Shown piece by piece: positions 24,772 through 37,700 of a stretch of 64,000 nt of DNA. The position numbers were made by a program, and so were the translations under genes. How positions within the stretch are numbered: the stretch's first letter is position 1; every line of letters begins with the position of its first letter. This stretch comes from Isurus oxyrinchus (lineage: Eukaryota), in NCBI GenBank assembly GCA_026770705.1, contig JANJGN010000009.1, positions 162,936,001 through 163,000,000 on the forward strand, in the 5' to 3' direction. The notes under the pieces were generated by a model that was not told the origin of the DNA, ran no database searches, and saw nothing but the letters and a program-made list of their open reading frames with translations.

Positions 24772-26440
24772 GGGTTGGGCAGGTCTCCTGCCGCATGAAG
24801 AGGGCCTGTTGCTGCCAGGTAGGAAGTGATGGCGGGTACTGCAATGGGACATCAGAAGGCGAGGGCACCAAAGCTAAAGGGGCGGAGGTTCCTAAATTTC
24901 ATAAAAGCCACTTCACAAGCCAAAGAACCTCAAAGCAGAGGTAATGGCCGAAAGGGAGGGGAAAGAGTCTCCCTTTTAAGATTCAGAAGAGCAGGCTTGT
25001 TGCTGCAAGCCCCACCCCCCACTTACATCCCTTCACCCCACTGAACGTTCAGCCATCCAGGCCCCACAGGAGGGAAATCTGTCCATCAACCCCTCCAACT
25101 CTTCACCCTGCTGTAAAACGTTTCTCGAAATCTATCTCTTTTGGCTGCCTCTCCTTTCGGCTCATGTTCAAAATTTGATTATGCCTCAGTGAAAAATGTT
25201 CGGATGTTTTTATCTTAAATGCAAGTTGTTATTGTTGTTGAGGCAGCTCTCGTTTAGACAGGACTCGGCACGAGCCAAACAAGTTTTACGCACCCAAATT
25301 CCTGCCTTGTTTGGTTAACTTAAGTCAACACCACAAACTATTGAGATTTACTTCAAAACACAAAACGAACCGATGTTCAGAACAACTTCCATCACATTAC
25401 GTAACCCAGCCCCGCAAAGCACAGCTGCCTTAGGTTGTGTCTGGTTTCTGGGAATGTATCCTGGTCACTTCCTGGGAGCTCGAGGCGTCGGATTCAAACC
25501 CAGACAGCTGCGTTTTGTGGGGGCGTAGTTCCAAGGAGGACACAGTTCCTCTCGGGAACAGGAGTCTCCGTGTTAATGGGAGATGCTGTTGACTCAGCTT
25601 TCCGCTTTCTGCCTGGTCAGTGCTTGGATTCCCCGTGCTGCTGAAGGCTTCCTTTCCCGTCTCCCCACAACACTCCAGCTTCCGATTGTCTGCTTGCTCA
25701 TCCTGCTTCTTGGATGGAGGAGGAGGAGGAGAAGCCCATTTCTAGACTTCAGCTATTATGAATCTGTAACCTTCCAATGAGGAGATACACCAGAGTGGTC
25801 TGGAGTGTTGTGGCCTCTGATATTTTTTCCCAGCTGATTTGACAAATCCCTATAGCGGAGAGCTGGAACTCACTTTGCAGTGAATTTTAGTTCCCGACAG
25901 GTATCCCAGCAACCTCCAGGGGCTGGGTAGAGGGGCAAGTTGTTTGTCAAAGCTGTGGATATTGCATAACATGGGAACTCTTAAAGGTGGAGGGGAGAAA
26001 ATAAGAAATAAGTTGAATAACCCTGCCACAGGGAAGCATGGAATTATATAAAAGGACATTCCGGAGGCAGTTTGTGCTTGTAATGGTTTTTTTGTCTTTC
26101 AGATAAAATGTAAAACTTCTGCCCTTTCAAATCAGAGGAACTATTTCAAAGAAGAGCAGGGGAGATCCCCACAAAGTTTAAATCAATATTTATCCCTCAA
26201 TCTTCATCCTTAAAAACAGATGATCTGGTTACTATCTCATTTGCTCTATGTAGGATCTTGCTGTGTACCAATTGGCTGCCACATTTCCTACATTATAACA
26301 GTGACTACACTTCCAAAAAGTACCTCTGTGGCTGTAAAGCGCTTTGGGACATCCCGAGGTCATAATAATAGGTGCTATAAAAATGTAATTCTTTCCTCAG
26401 GCTACTAAAGTCTCAGTGTGAACTCTACCTTGTTTTCCAG

Positions 26441-26599
26441 TGGACATGTTCAATGACAAAGGAGCTTCAGCTGAAAGGGGAAGAGGTGGAAATGCTGAGG
26501 ATGGAGCTGCAGATGGTTGAAACAGATCGTGTGCGACTTTCGCTGATTGAGGAGAAGCTGACCGATGTACTACAGCTTCTACAGCAGCTGCGAGTGCTG
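26441..26599 (+). CDS. EFCC1: EFCC1-like exon 5 (..[35 protein letters not shown])
   Basis: Acceptor cttgttttccag|, donor CTG|gtaatt. Closely matches the conserved EFCC1 coiled coil LELQMVETERVRLSLLEEKL. Phase 0 to 0. Confidence 0.93.
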
Positions 26600-27951
26600 G
26601 TAATTATTTCTAACCTTCTCGGGTGAATACCTATTTTTAAACCGCATTGTTAGAGGATTGAATGCGTGACTGTTGGATTAGATTCAAACCCATGGGTGTT
26701 TTTGAAGGACTGTCATCAGAGCTGACCTATCTGTCAGGTTCTGTCTGAACATGTGTAAGGTAGCAATGATGTTCGTCTATGTCAGTGGTTCTCTTTGAAC
26801 CTGACACCTGGTAAAATTCAAACCAGTTTATGTTACATCTGATGGCACACACTCCAAGGAGCTGTGCCCATAAGAAATGGATCACAGGAACTAGATGTAG
26901 AGCCACTAACGAACATGCATGGAATGTGAGCGCTGTTCCTTGCTGGGTGTACAAGATTTTGGGATTGACCCTGTGTTCAGACAGCACCTCGTGTAGCAGC
27001 GACACCTCATTTAGGTGCATTTAATAGGCCGGTTGGGCTTTAGGCCGATCATCCATATTTGAGTTAATCGCTGACCGTGCTGCTGAAGTGGAGTGAGTGA
27101 CTGGGTGGGTACGTGGGAGTTCAAGGTTTCCTCAATTCCATCCTGGCATTCACAGGTGAGGGCTGATCTGTTCCATTGCTCAGCCTGTGTGACTCGCCCT
27201 CTTTCACTAGGTGGGGGGGGTGGGTGGGTTATGGGACATGGATGTGGTGTTTTCAAATCTGATCATCTCAAGCAGGTATTGAGAAACAGGAGCCCTGATA
27301 TCAGGGTATTTTCAATTGGGCTCTGTACATCAAAATACCGTCATGGACAGATGCCATTGAATGGAATAAATTTTCACAGGTGTTTCATTCACACGTGTGT
27401 TGTGGGAGTGGCTGCACCATGTCATGGTATGGGATTGTGCCTGCTTGTTACCAGCAGCGACAGTATTATTGGTCTACATGCCACTAGAGGCTTGGCCTTT
27501 GGTAAGACAACCCAGAAAGGTTTGAAGGACAGTTTTGAGAACAGCAATGGTTGAATCTGATGTATGCCCATACACATGCAGGTTAAACTGTTGCCTATAG
27601 CCTCTCTAGCCTTTCTCTGTCAAAGAGGGATGGAACTTTTGGCAATGATGTTGAATTGGCCTTTTAGTCTGTGGATCTTATGGCTCTTTTGCACATCCAG
27701 AGGCCCAATCAAACATACAGTTACATTATTTTGGTGCCACCAGCTGCTCTGGGTATCAGGCTGGCACCCAGACTGACTGGCAGGATATGGGAGTGCACCT
27801 GTTCAAGTGGACAACACACTCCAGGGTAGTTGAGTGGATTAGTTTAATTGTCACCACTTGAAGCCGCTGCTATGTGCTTTGCTGTCCTTCCGATTCCAAC
27901 CACTTTGTTGCACTCCGATTCATGCTCAATTTTTATTCTGCTTGTGCACAG

Positions 27952-28021
27952 AACATTCCCAGACGCTTGTTGGGGAAAATCTTAATGAACACTCTGGACT
28001 CCTGTTACAGTGCTGGACATG
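27952..28021 (+). CDS. EFCC1: EFCC1-like exon 6 (NIPRRLLGKILMNTLDSCYSAGH)
   Basis: Acceptor gcttgtgcacag|, donor ATG|gtaagg. Matches EFCC1 NISKRALGKILLSTLD. Phase 0 to 1. Confidence 0.9.
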
Positions 28022-28115
28022 GTAAGGGATCACGACCGTGAATTATTTTCAAAAGGAGGGACAATCAGCTGATGTAACTTGTCACCAACAACTTCTTCTG
28101 CTCCCTGTTTTACAG

Positions 28116-28246
28116 GAACAATGGGCTCCTTGGACATGTTGAGTGTTCTCCATAAAGAGCTGCTGTCTTGTGAGTTACTCACCAAAGGTTCATCGCAAAC
28201 AGAGAATCAACAGGGCATGAAAAACTCCCTTGTGATATCATGTTAA
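28116..28246 (+). CDS. EFCC1: EFCC1-like exon 7, terminal coding exon (..LDMLSVLHKELLSCELL..NSLVISC*)
   Basis: Acceptor ctccctgttttacag|, stop TAA at 28244-28246. C-terminus resembles EFCC1 ..NPLLVSC. Total CDS is 1935 nt = 644 aa plus stop. Confidence 0.9.
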
Positions 28247-28277
28247 TGTACGGAAGTGGACAGATGCCATTGAATGG

Positions 28278-28283
28278 AATAAA
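28278..28283 (+). terminator. Candidate polyadenylation signal AATAAA of EFCC1-like
   Basis: First AATAAA, about 30 nt after the stop codon. Usage is not demonstrable from sequence. Confidence 0.35.
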
Positions 28284-29043
28284 TGACCTGAAGCAGCGAT
28301 CTTCAACCTTCCGTCTTAAGTGATTGGTTGGGATGTGGCCAACATTAATAGACAGAAACCATTGAAAATTCATCACTCAAAAATGCTTTGTTCTTTAGTG
28401 CTTGTACATCAAAGGCTGTTCAATCACAGGACACCGTGTACACAGGATGCCTGAAACTAGAAGTTATGTGTTACCATGGACTCTGACCGACACATTTTAC
28501 CTCCTGGGCAAAGATTCTGTAAATTTGCTCGCAGTCCCAAAAAAGCAAATTTAGAATGGCAATCTAATTCAGAAAGGTCTTAGGGGTTCTTGGGACATTC
28601 TACAGCAATCCACAGCTAATGAAACCTGTTGCTTAAAGCAGACAAATATGGTAACCACACTGTGCACAAAGAAATCCCACAAAGAGCAAAATGGCGCATT
28701 GCCAGTTAACCTGTTTCGGTGGTGGTGGCTGCAAGATGATCGTTCGCCAGGACTTTGGGAAAACTCCCTGCTCACTTTCTTCAGAAAGTGTGCGATGAAT
28801 CTAGCATGTCCACCCGAACAGACAGATAATGCCTTGGTTTCTTGTCTCATTCTAAAGGTGGCACCTCCAGATCCTTTTGCTCTTCTACCCCAATTCAACA
28901 CTCTTACAATTCCCCACACCCTTTGAACTGGCCGGAACTTATTTCAGGCTTGAGATTATGTGCTCAAGTCTCGAAATGGGCCTCAGCTAATCGTGTTCTA
29001 CGTGGCTTCTTATTTAGGGTGTTCTCATGGGTCCAGTCACTAA

Positions 29044-29587
29044 GGGCAGAATTTTGCCCTCGGTGAGCGTGCGGGCCCCACCGGCTCAGTGGCGGGCGGA
29101 CAGCTGACCCCCGCCACCGAAACAGGACCTGCCACCATTTTGAGTGGACGAGCCAATTAAGGCCCCGCCCAGCGGCCTGCCTGACAGGAGGTGCTTCCTG
29201 TGGGGGAGGGGGAGGGATTCCGCAACTGTCAAAGTGCGTTCTTTCACGCATGCGCTCTGCTCCCTGAGACTAAGTGGTACCTCAGGGAGATTACTGACAG
29301 TCCGGAAAAATTTAAAAATTATTAACATGTGCCCCTCATGTGACAAGGTCACACGAGATGGGACATGTTAATAAATATCACACAAAATGTATTAAAGTTT
29401 TTAAAAACGGATTTAATTGGCCATTGACAGGTCGGCGGGTGAACAGCTGATTTCGCTGTCTGCCCACCTTCCTAAAAATTTAAAGGGACCGGGATGATGT
29501 CGGGGGTTCCTCCCAACGTTGTCCCGTGTCATTTTCCTGTCGGCGAGCTGGCCCCGACCCCAAAACGTCAACCGGAAAATTCAGGCC
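29044..29587. mobile_element. Harbinger-type MITE
   Basis: TIRs gggcagaatttt / aaaattcaggcc with TAA on both sides. Internally deleted relative of 57408-58115. Confidence 0.8.
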
Positions 29588-30002
29588 TAAGGAACTGACA
29601 TAACTTTCAGTCATCTTTGTCTATCTTTATCCATACATTGCCGTCAATCTAGCTGGCCAAACTGTCATTCAGCTCTTTAGTCAATAGAACATAAATGTTT
29701 AGTCAGTGGCCTATTCCCCATATCTATTATTGAGCAGAATAGTATATATCTGATAGGGGAAAAATTAATTTAATCTCTAGATCTACTTGTGCATTGTCCC
29801 TTTATTGCCCCCTCTTCATCCTACACTTAGAAGCCATGCCTTGAGCTGCGAAGGCCCACACTCTGGAATTCCCTCCCAATATCCCTCTGGCTCTTCAACT
29901 CTCTCCCTTCCTTCAAGAACCTCCATGAAACCCCCATCTTTGACAACACTTTTGGTCACCCCTCCTAATATCTTTACCTTTGGCTTAACATTGTTTTATT
30001 TT

Positions 30003-30850
30003 AGGAACTAGGAGTATGCAGTCTGGCCCCCAGGCCTGCTCTGCCGCTCACCTAGGTCTTGGCTGATCTTCTACCTCAATGCCATTTTCTTACACTATGC
30101 CCGCAACCTTTGAAATCTTTAATATCTAGAAATCTATTGATCCCTTTCTTGAATATACTCAATGACTGAGCCTTCACAACCCTCTGGGTAGAAAATTCCA
30201 AAGATTCACCACCTTCTGAGTGAAGAAAATGCTCCTCCTAAGTGGCCTGTCCTTTATTCTGAGATTGTGTCTCCTTGGTTCTAGACCCCCAGCCAGTGGG
30301 AACATCCTCCCTGCATCTACCCTGTTGACCCTGTAAGAATTTTATGTGTTTGAATGAGATCGCCTCTCATTCTTCTAAACTCTGGAGAATAAGGGTCAGT
30401 CTCCTTAGTCTCTCCTCATAGGACACTCCTGCCACCAGGAATCAGTCTGCTGAACCTTTGTTGCACTCTCAATGGCAGGTATATCCTTCCTTAGGTAAGG
30501 AGAGCAAAGCTATACACATTACTCCAGGTGCAGTCTTACCAAGTTTCTATACAATTGCAGCAAGACTTCTTTAATCATATACTCATCTCTTGCAATAAGG
30601 TCCAACATACCATTTATCTTCTTGATTGTTTGCTGCACCTGCAAGTTAGCTTTTAGTGACACCCGGGTCCCTTTGGACATCAACATTATCCAATCTATCC
30701 CCATTTAACAAATACTCTGCATTTCGGTTTTTCCTACTAAAGTGAATAACTTCACATTTTTCCACATTATGTTCTGTCTGCCATGTCCTTGTCCGCTCAA
30801 TTAGCCTGTCTAAATTCCCTTGAAGCCTCTTTACTTCCTCCTCAAAACGA
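30003..30850 (-). mobile_element. Older CR1 LINE 3' fragment
   Basis: Degenerate ..WQTEHNVEKCEVIHF..LYRNLVRLHLE, homologous to 41945-42830. Confidence 0.85.
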
Positions 30851-30949
30851 ACATTCTTTTGCATCTATGAACGGGCAAAGGCCCAATATCTTTGTATTGT
30901 TGGAACTGATGGCAAGGGGCAGGTTACATCTGACTTACAGGCTGCGTGA

Positions 30950-31150
30950 GCTGACCATTCCTTCATTGTCGCTGGGTCAAAGTCCTGGAACTTTCCCCTG
31001 AGCGGCACCGTGGGTGAACCTACCCCTTATGGACTGCAGGGGTTCAAGAAGGGGGCTCCCCACCACCTTCTCAAGGGCAGTTAGGGCTGGGCAATAAATG
31101 CCACCCTTGCCAATTTTGTTCACATCCCATGAAATGAATGGAAAAAAAAC
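30950..31150 (+). mobile_element. LINE family A 3' tail (further tails at 38500-38665 +, 55165-55250 +, 43195-43330 -, 44865-45005 -, 47750-47886 -, 14200-14380 -)
   Basis: Shared 3' UTR sequence ..caccaccttctcaagggcaattagggatgggcaataaatg.. Confidence 0.75.
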
Positions 31151-31779
31151 ACAGAATTTGATATGAACGCCCTCTGAATAAAACGGCACGGGAGGTGTCC
31201 ATTTGGCCAGTTTGTCTGTGCTGAAAGAACGATCCAATCCACCCCATTTCCTGTTCTTTCCCTGTAGCCCTGAGAGAGTTTTCTGTTCAAGCGCGTGCCA
31301 GATACCTTTACATTTTATTTCTGGTTCTTTTGCCAGTTATTTTAAATTTGTGTCCTCTGGTCACTGTCATTTCCACAAAAACAATAGGCAAAGAGCGTTA
31401 ACACTGCACAGTACGGTTCCAGCCCAAGGCTTTCAAACTTGCCTTCAAGTTCATTAGGATTTTCTGAAAGGACTCAGCTCCTTAATTCAAAATGATATTA
31501 AAATTATCCGAATATTCCAAATTATTTTTAAGAAGTAAAACTTCACTCTGCTGAAGTTATAAAAAAAAAAGCAATTGCTTAATTAAAATTATTGAATGAT
31601 TTCAAATTTCTTTAGCACGGACCATGACTTGGAATTATCAGGAATAAACTGCTCATTGGAAGGAATTTAATAAATGGCTAGGTGTATTTACACTGAATTT
31701 ACTGAATTTCAACATAGGTAAGTGCGAAAAATAAGGAGTTCGCACATTACTTAGGGAATAAGAATGGAAATGGGGTAGA

Positions 31780-32790
31780 GGAGCAATGCCATCTGTGAGT
31801 ACAAATACATTAATTGCTAAAAGAAGCGATGCAACTTAACAAGGCCATAAAAAAAAACAGAAACCAAGCACTAGGATTTATTTCTATCTAGAGGGACAGA
31901 ATTGAAAAGTACTGAAGAAGTTATTGAACCTTGGTTAGACCACATCTGGAGTGCTGCATACAATTTTGGTCACCATATTATTAAAAAAAAAGATATAGGA
32001 GAAAAGATATAGGGGCAATGGAAAGGGAGCAAAAAAAGATATGCAAGGCGGATGCCAGAAATGGGTGGGTATACATATCAGGAAAGGATTGACAGGCCGG
32101 GGCTCTCTCTTGAAAAGATTAGGATGACCTAATCAAGGTATTTAAAACTATGAAAGGTTTCGATAGTTCAGACACAGAGAATGTTTACTCTTGTTGAGAG
32201 AAGCATCACTAGAGACCGTCAATGTCAGATAGTCGCCAAATAATCTGTTCATGTGGGCATCATTGGCTAGGCCAGCATTTATTGCTCATCCCTAATTGCC
32301 CTTGTTCAGAGGGCATTTACGAGTCAACCACATTTACCACGGGTCTGGAGTCACATGCAGGCCAGACCAGGTAAGGACAGCAGATTTCCTTCCCTAAAGG
32401 ACATTAGTGAACCAGATGGGTTTTTACAACAATTGACAATGGTTTCATGGTCATCATCAGACTTTTAATTCCAGATTTTTATTGAGTTCAAATTTCACCA
32501 TTTGAACCTGAGCCTGCAGGGCATTACCCTGGGTCTCCAGAATACTAACCCAGTGAAAATACCACTATTCCCCCACCTCCCCGGACAGAACGGTGAGAAT
32601 GTGGAACTTGCCACCGCAAAGAGTGGTTGAGGTGAATAATATGAATGCATTTAAGGGGTGGCTAGAAAAACATGAGGGAGAAGGGAATAGAGGGCTATGC
32701 TGATAGAGTTCAATGAGGAGCATTAATTGCTGGCATGGACTAGTTGGTACATGTGGTCTGTTCCTACGGCGTGTATTCTATGTAAGCCTA
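31780..32790 (+). mobile_element. Degenerate CR1 3' fragment interrupted by a SINE (32247-32582); related remnants at 33350-33600 and 38990-39400
   Basis: ttggttagaccacatctggagtgctg (LVRPHLE) and a CR1-like 3' UTR. Confidence 0.65.
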
Positions 32791-34170
32791 TGAATTCATA
32801 TGCCCTTTAAATTACCCACTGGTATATATGAAGCAGTACTGGTTGTGTATTTTTAAAAAATATTATTTTAGTTTCTGCAATTGTATCCCGATTCTCAGCC
32901 TGTGTTTATCTATACATGTCTGTGGTACTTACTGATTTACTGTCTTCCTTATTCATGGTACTATGATATTGTACAAAGAATTATTCTTTTAAAGGATCTA
33001 TCGCCCCCTCGTGGGTGATCAAGTTATTTATTATAGTTCCTATTCTGGATTGAGATGTTCTGCAGATTCCTTTGATAATAGGACTTTTGTGAATAGGATT
33101 AAACAGCAAAGATTAAAAACTGATGGGGAAAAGTCTGCGAATGTCCTTGTTTTCAACTGCCATTTAATCATTTTGAATAGTGATTATGTTTCGTTATTGT
33201 ACATAATTAGATTGATTAAATTTCAAACCACTCCTGTTGGAAAGTTCATATTGGAGAAGGAATTCCAGCCCAATATTTTTGACTTGTTCTGTAGTTTGCT
33301 TAGGTAGCAGGGTTATTTCACTGACACCCAGCCCAGTGTATAGCCTTAATCATTTAGAACAGAGGGCAGGAGAAACATTTTGTCACAGAATCGTGAGGCT
33401 GTAGAATTCACTTCCAGGGTTAGTGGTTGAAACTCAAACCATACCAGCATTCAGGAGTAAATTGGATGGGTGGATGAAGGAAAAGGGGTAGCAGGTATAT
33501 CAGAACAAGGTGGGAAACGTGATTAAAACTATTTCCTGATGTGCCGGGATAAACGCTAACTCAAAGATTGGGCCGAATGGCCTGTTTTCATGCTGTAACG
33601 GCTGTTGATAGAATGTTCTTCCCTTGGAAAATCATGGAAGGATTCACAGACTGACAGGCTGAGGCATCAACTCTTCTACAATGGCTGTGCCCATCGTTAT
33701 ACAAGCCAAGCGGGAGGGTCTTACATCCCAAGTGATGAAGGAGGGAGCCACCCACACCCACCAGACGTAAGATTCCCCCCCTGCCACCCCCAACAACACC
33801 GCAACACAGAATTCCAAGCTTGAGCTGCAGTCTTCACTTGCCAGAACTGTTAGGATTGGGGTTCGAACCCTCCACTCAGGGATTTGGAACTAAACTCGAT
33901 TCTATGACTTCGTGGTGATTGAACAAGAGTGATGGGAAGCACCAGTGGTTTCAGTGGTTGTGATTGTCATTTCCCCTGACTGGAAAGTGAAAGAACGATA
34001 CAGAACAGATATCTTAAAAAAGCAAGTGGGGGTGGGGTGGGGTGGTTGAGATTCCTTTAGGTCCATTTTCAGGTCTGATGTGAGAGCCATATGCACGGGG
34101 CTGGATTTTACCACCACCCCTGTGCTCTGATCTGAATTGGTTCCCAGTTAAGCAACGCCTCAAATTTAAA

Positions 34171-34350
34171 ACAAAAACAGAATTACCTGGAAAAACTCAG
34201 CAGGTCTGGCAGCATCGGCGGAGAAGAAAAGAGTTGACGTTTCGAGTCCTCATGACCCTTCGACAGAACTTGAGTTCGAGTCCAAGAAAGAGTTGAAATA
34301 TAAGCTGGTTTAAGGTGTGTGTGGAGGGAAGGGGGGAGGGCGCGGGGGCG

Positions 34351-34381
<31 letters not shown>

Positions 34382-34713
34382 GGAGGGGGTTGGTGTGGTT
34401 GTAAGGACAAACAAGCAGTGATAGAAGCAGATCATCAAAAGATGTCACTGCTTGTTTGTCCCTACAACCACACCAACCCCCTCCATTTCTCTCTCTCTCC
34501 TCCACCCCCCCCCCCCCCCCCCCCCACCCCCACACACACCTTAAACCAGCTTATATTTCAACTCTTTCTTGGACTCGAACTCAAGTTCTGTCGAAGGGTC
34601 ATGAGGACTCGAAACGTCAACTCTTCTCCGCCGATGCTGCCAGACCTGCTGAGTTTTTCCAGGTAATTCTGTTTTTGTTTTGGATTTCCAGCATCCGCAG
34701 TTTTTTTGTTTTT
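34171..34713. mobile_element. Long palindromic PLE 3'-end insertion
   Basis: Arms of about 250 bp match 61810-62100. 14-bp TSD gcctcaaatttaaa (34157-34170 / 34714-34727). Confidence 0.9.
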
Positions 34714-37700
34714 GCCTCAAATTTAAAGTTCCCCATCATGTTTTCAAATCCCTCCATGGCCTTGCCCTCTGAGAGATCCGCCTTTCTGGCCTCTTGAGCA
34801 ACCCCCAATTTGAATGCAATTGTTACATGGAGTTTAGTCGGTAATTGAGAATGCTTCCATAATAAGCCAATCCCTCTTCCACAATATCAAAGTTCACCTG
34901 GGGACGAGTTTGAAGGAGGATTGACTTTGGGGACGTGGGCTGTGGAAATAAAATTCCTTAACCTGGAAAAGTTTTGGCAGCTGCCAGCCAGTGCTGAAGG
35001 TTCCAATGATAACATTTAACAGTTACCAAGCGCACAAAATCCCTTAAAGCTTGTAAAAGAATAATCAGGCTCTGCATCTGCCTCAGTAATTAGGTCCCCT
35101 TCATCACCTTATTAAAGCTCGTTAAGTTTTAGTGACTAGACTTTGCTTTTCCGTGCACATTAAGCTGCTCCGTGCTGAGCTCTTGACAAGATTACATCGC
35201 AGTTGCTCATACAGAAATTATGCTCGGGGCTTGGTGCAAGGGGTCTGAGTATGTTAGCTCCAGCAAGAATATTGTATTCTTGTTATGGGTGGAGGCAGCA
35301 GGTTCAGAATTGGGAGTCCTAGTCAATTTTGGGAGCTTGTTCAAAGGGATTTCTTTGAGGCATCATGCTCTCAGATACTAATTCTTGCTGTTCAGGCGGA
35401 GTCACTAGCGTGTGTGATCTAGGTTACAGTGAAGGTGCTTAGTTATGCTGCTCATTGCATGTTCTATTTACCACAAGGAATTAGAGGAGACACAAGTAAT
35501 AAAAGATGTTGCACTTCTCCCCTCCCCCACCCACCATTGGGGGTTGGGTCAGAAAGAACAGACCCATGTATTGAAGCAATAGGAGCAAGGCACCCCTGTG
35601 ATTATAAACTCAGGATCTTCTGTTTACCAGGCAAGCTTTTACTCACTAAGCCACAGTACCAAGCTACAAGAGTTTCTCAAATTTTACCATCTGCTAAAGT
35701 GGGATTGGAACCAAGTCCCCAGGGCATTATTCTGGATCTCAGGATTATTCATCTAACAACAATACCATTACACCACCACCTCTTTGCATGTATTTAACAT
35801 CTTTCAGGATAACCCAAAGACAATTAGTTTCTTAATCACATCGCGGAAACTGCAGTGAGATAATTGGCCAATCATTTTGGTGGTTCTGGTTGAGGGGTGG
35901 GTGTCAGTTATGAGCTGGAGGGAGGAGGACTCCGCTGGTCTCTTTTCAATAACATTTAAGTCCACGTGAACCAGCAGAGGTTTAATGTCTCATCCAAAAA
36001 CAGCACCTCCAGAAATGCGGAGCTCCCTCCATACTGAGCTGAACTATCAGTCTGCATTATGGAAAACGTGGGGTGGGGCTTGAACTCACAAGCCGCTGAC
36101 TCGGTGGGGGGGGGGGAGAGTTGCACTACTGAGCTATGCATGACTATATAGCCAGACTAATTGACCAGCATTAGTCCATGTTGTACAAACAGTCATTATA
36201 TCTCAGTGGCAAATAAATGAGAGTGGAGTGGGGTTGGAAGGCCAACATGATTGTTTAAAGTTTCTATCTGCTTCTCCTTGGAAAAGGACCTCCAGAATAA
36301 TAAAATCAGATCCCAAAGGCAATGATTCCAGTCCATGTTCTGACATCACATTCAGTTGCACAGAACAATCCTACTGTGAAACTTGACCCAAACCCTGTCG
36401 ATATGGGAAAGGCTTGTGCTGCAGCCTCTGGAGTGAACTGTAAATGTGAAGGCAATTGGGAGGACACCTGATAGGCGTTGGTAAATGGCATTTGAAAAAT
36501 GACTTCACTTCTTAAATAGCAACATCTCTGATTCTCTCCAAGATCTGGCCAATGCCTGTTTACCCCCAAAACTCAAAGAACTTTAGGCCTCCTTGCAATG
36601 CAAAACAGGATCAATAAATAGGCGAAGTCCCTGTTAATAAGCAGATTGGGTTAGTCATTGTAATGGGCCATTGCATTAGAACATCAGCACACCGACATGG
36701 TGAATGTGATTCAATCTTACACCTTATGTCGGGTCCCTGATAATAAAATTCAATGCTTTAGGTAGAAAAAGACCGATATTTTACGATAGGAGTGATATGT
36801 ACAGTGTGGAATGCCAATCAGCGTCTGACTCTGTTACCCTTTACTGACCATGTCTCAGGCGGGTAAGAACTGTGCAGGGCAGCTGCCCTCCTGGGGCCTT
36901 CTGTCCAGGGCTTCAGAGTCGGACACAAGGAGGCCACACCCCCTTTTTTTACAGCACTGGCTGCCGTAAATCAGGTGAGTTTACAGGTCCAGCCACTTTC
37001 AAGCCAGGGAGAAGGTGAGTTTGTCAGGTAAGTGCTTAGAATTTGGCAGGGGTGGGGGTTCAGGTCGGGCACTCGGTGGGTCAGGCACTCAGTTGGGGGA
37101 GGGGGAGTGGGTTGGGCACTCAGTTGTTGGGTGGGGGGGGGGGGTCAGGCATTTGGTTGGGGGTGGGGGGGCAAGGGAAGGAGGACCTGAGGAGGGTAGT
37201 CGAGAGTTGGGAGGAGTCCCCTGAGAGTTTGGGGGTGGGGGGGGAATCCTGTGGGATGTTTGTTGGGGGAAGACCCATGGCGGCGGGGGGGGAGGAGGGT
37301 GTGGAATTCCCATGGAGATAGGATGCCCCTTGTGCGGTGTAGTTGGGGAGTGGGGGTGTCCCATGACGGTATAGTCAGGGGGTTGGGGGGGTGGAAATCG
37401 GGGGGTTGTGGTGGTGGGGAGATTCCCCTAACAGGGGGTAGCCGGAGTGTGGGGAAGTCCCATGAGGCGGGGTTAGTCGGGTTGGGGGAGTCCTGTAGAG
37501 GGAGTGTAGTTGGGAGGGAGCCCATTGGGGTTCAGGAATGTGGGCGGAGTCCCGTGTCGGGTTGGAGTGGGATGTATAATTGTTACCTAGAAATTAGAAG
37601 TGGTTTTAATTCTTCTAACGTTTTCTGCGTGACTATTGACATAACCTGGTTGGAACCATCCAAAGTTTGCAATTTAAATTGCATTTTTGTACAATTCCCA

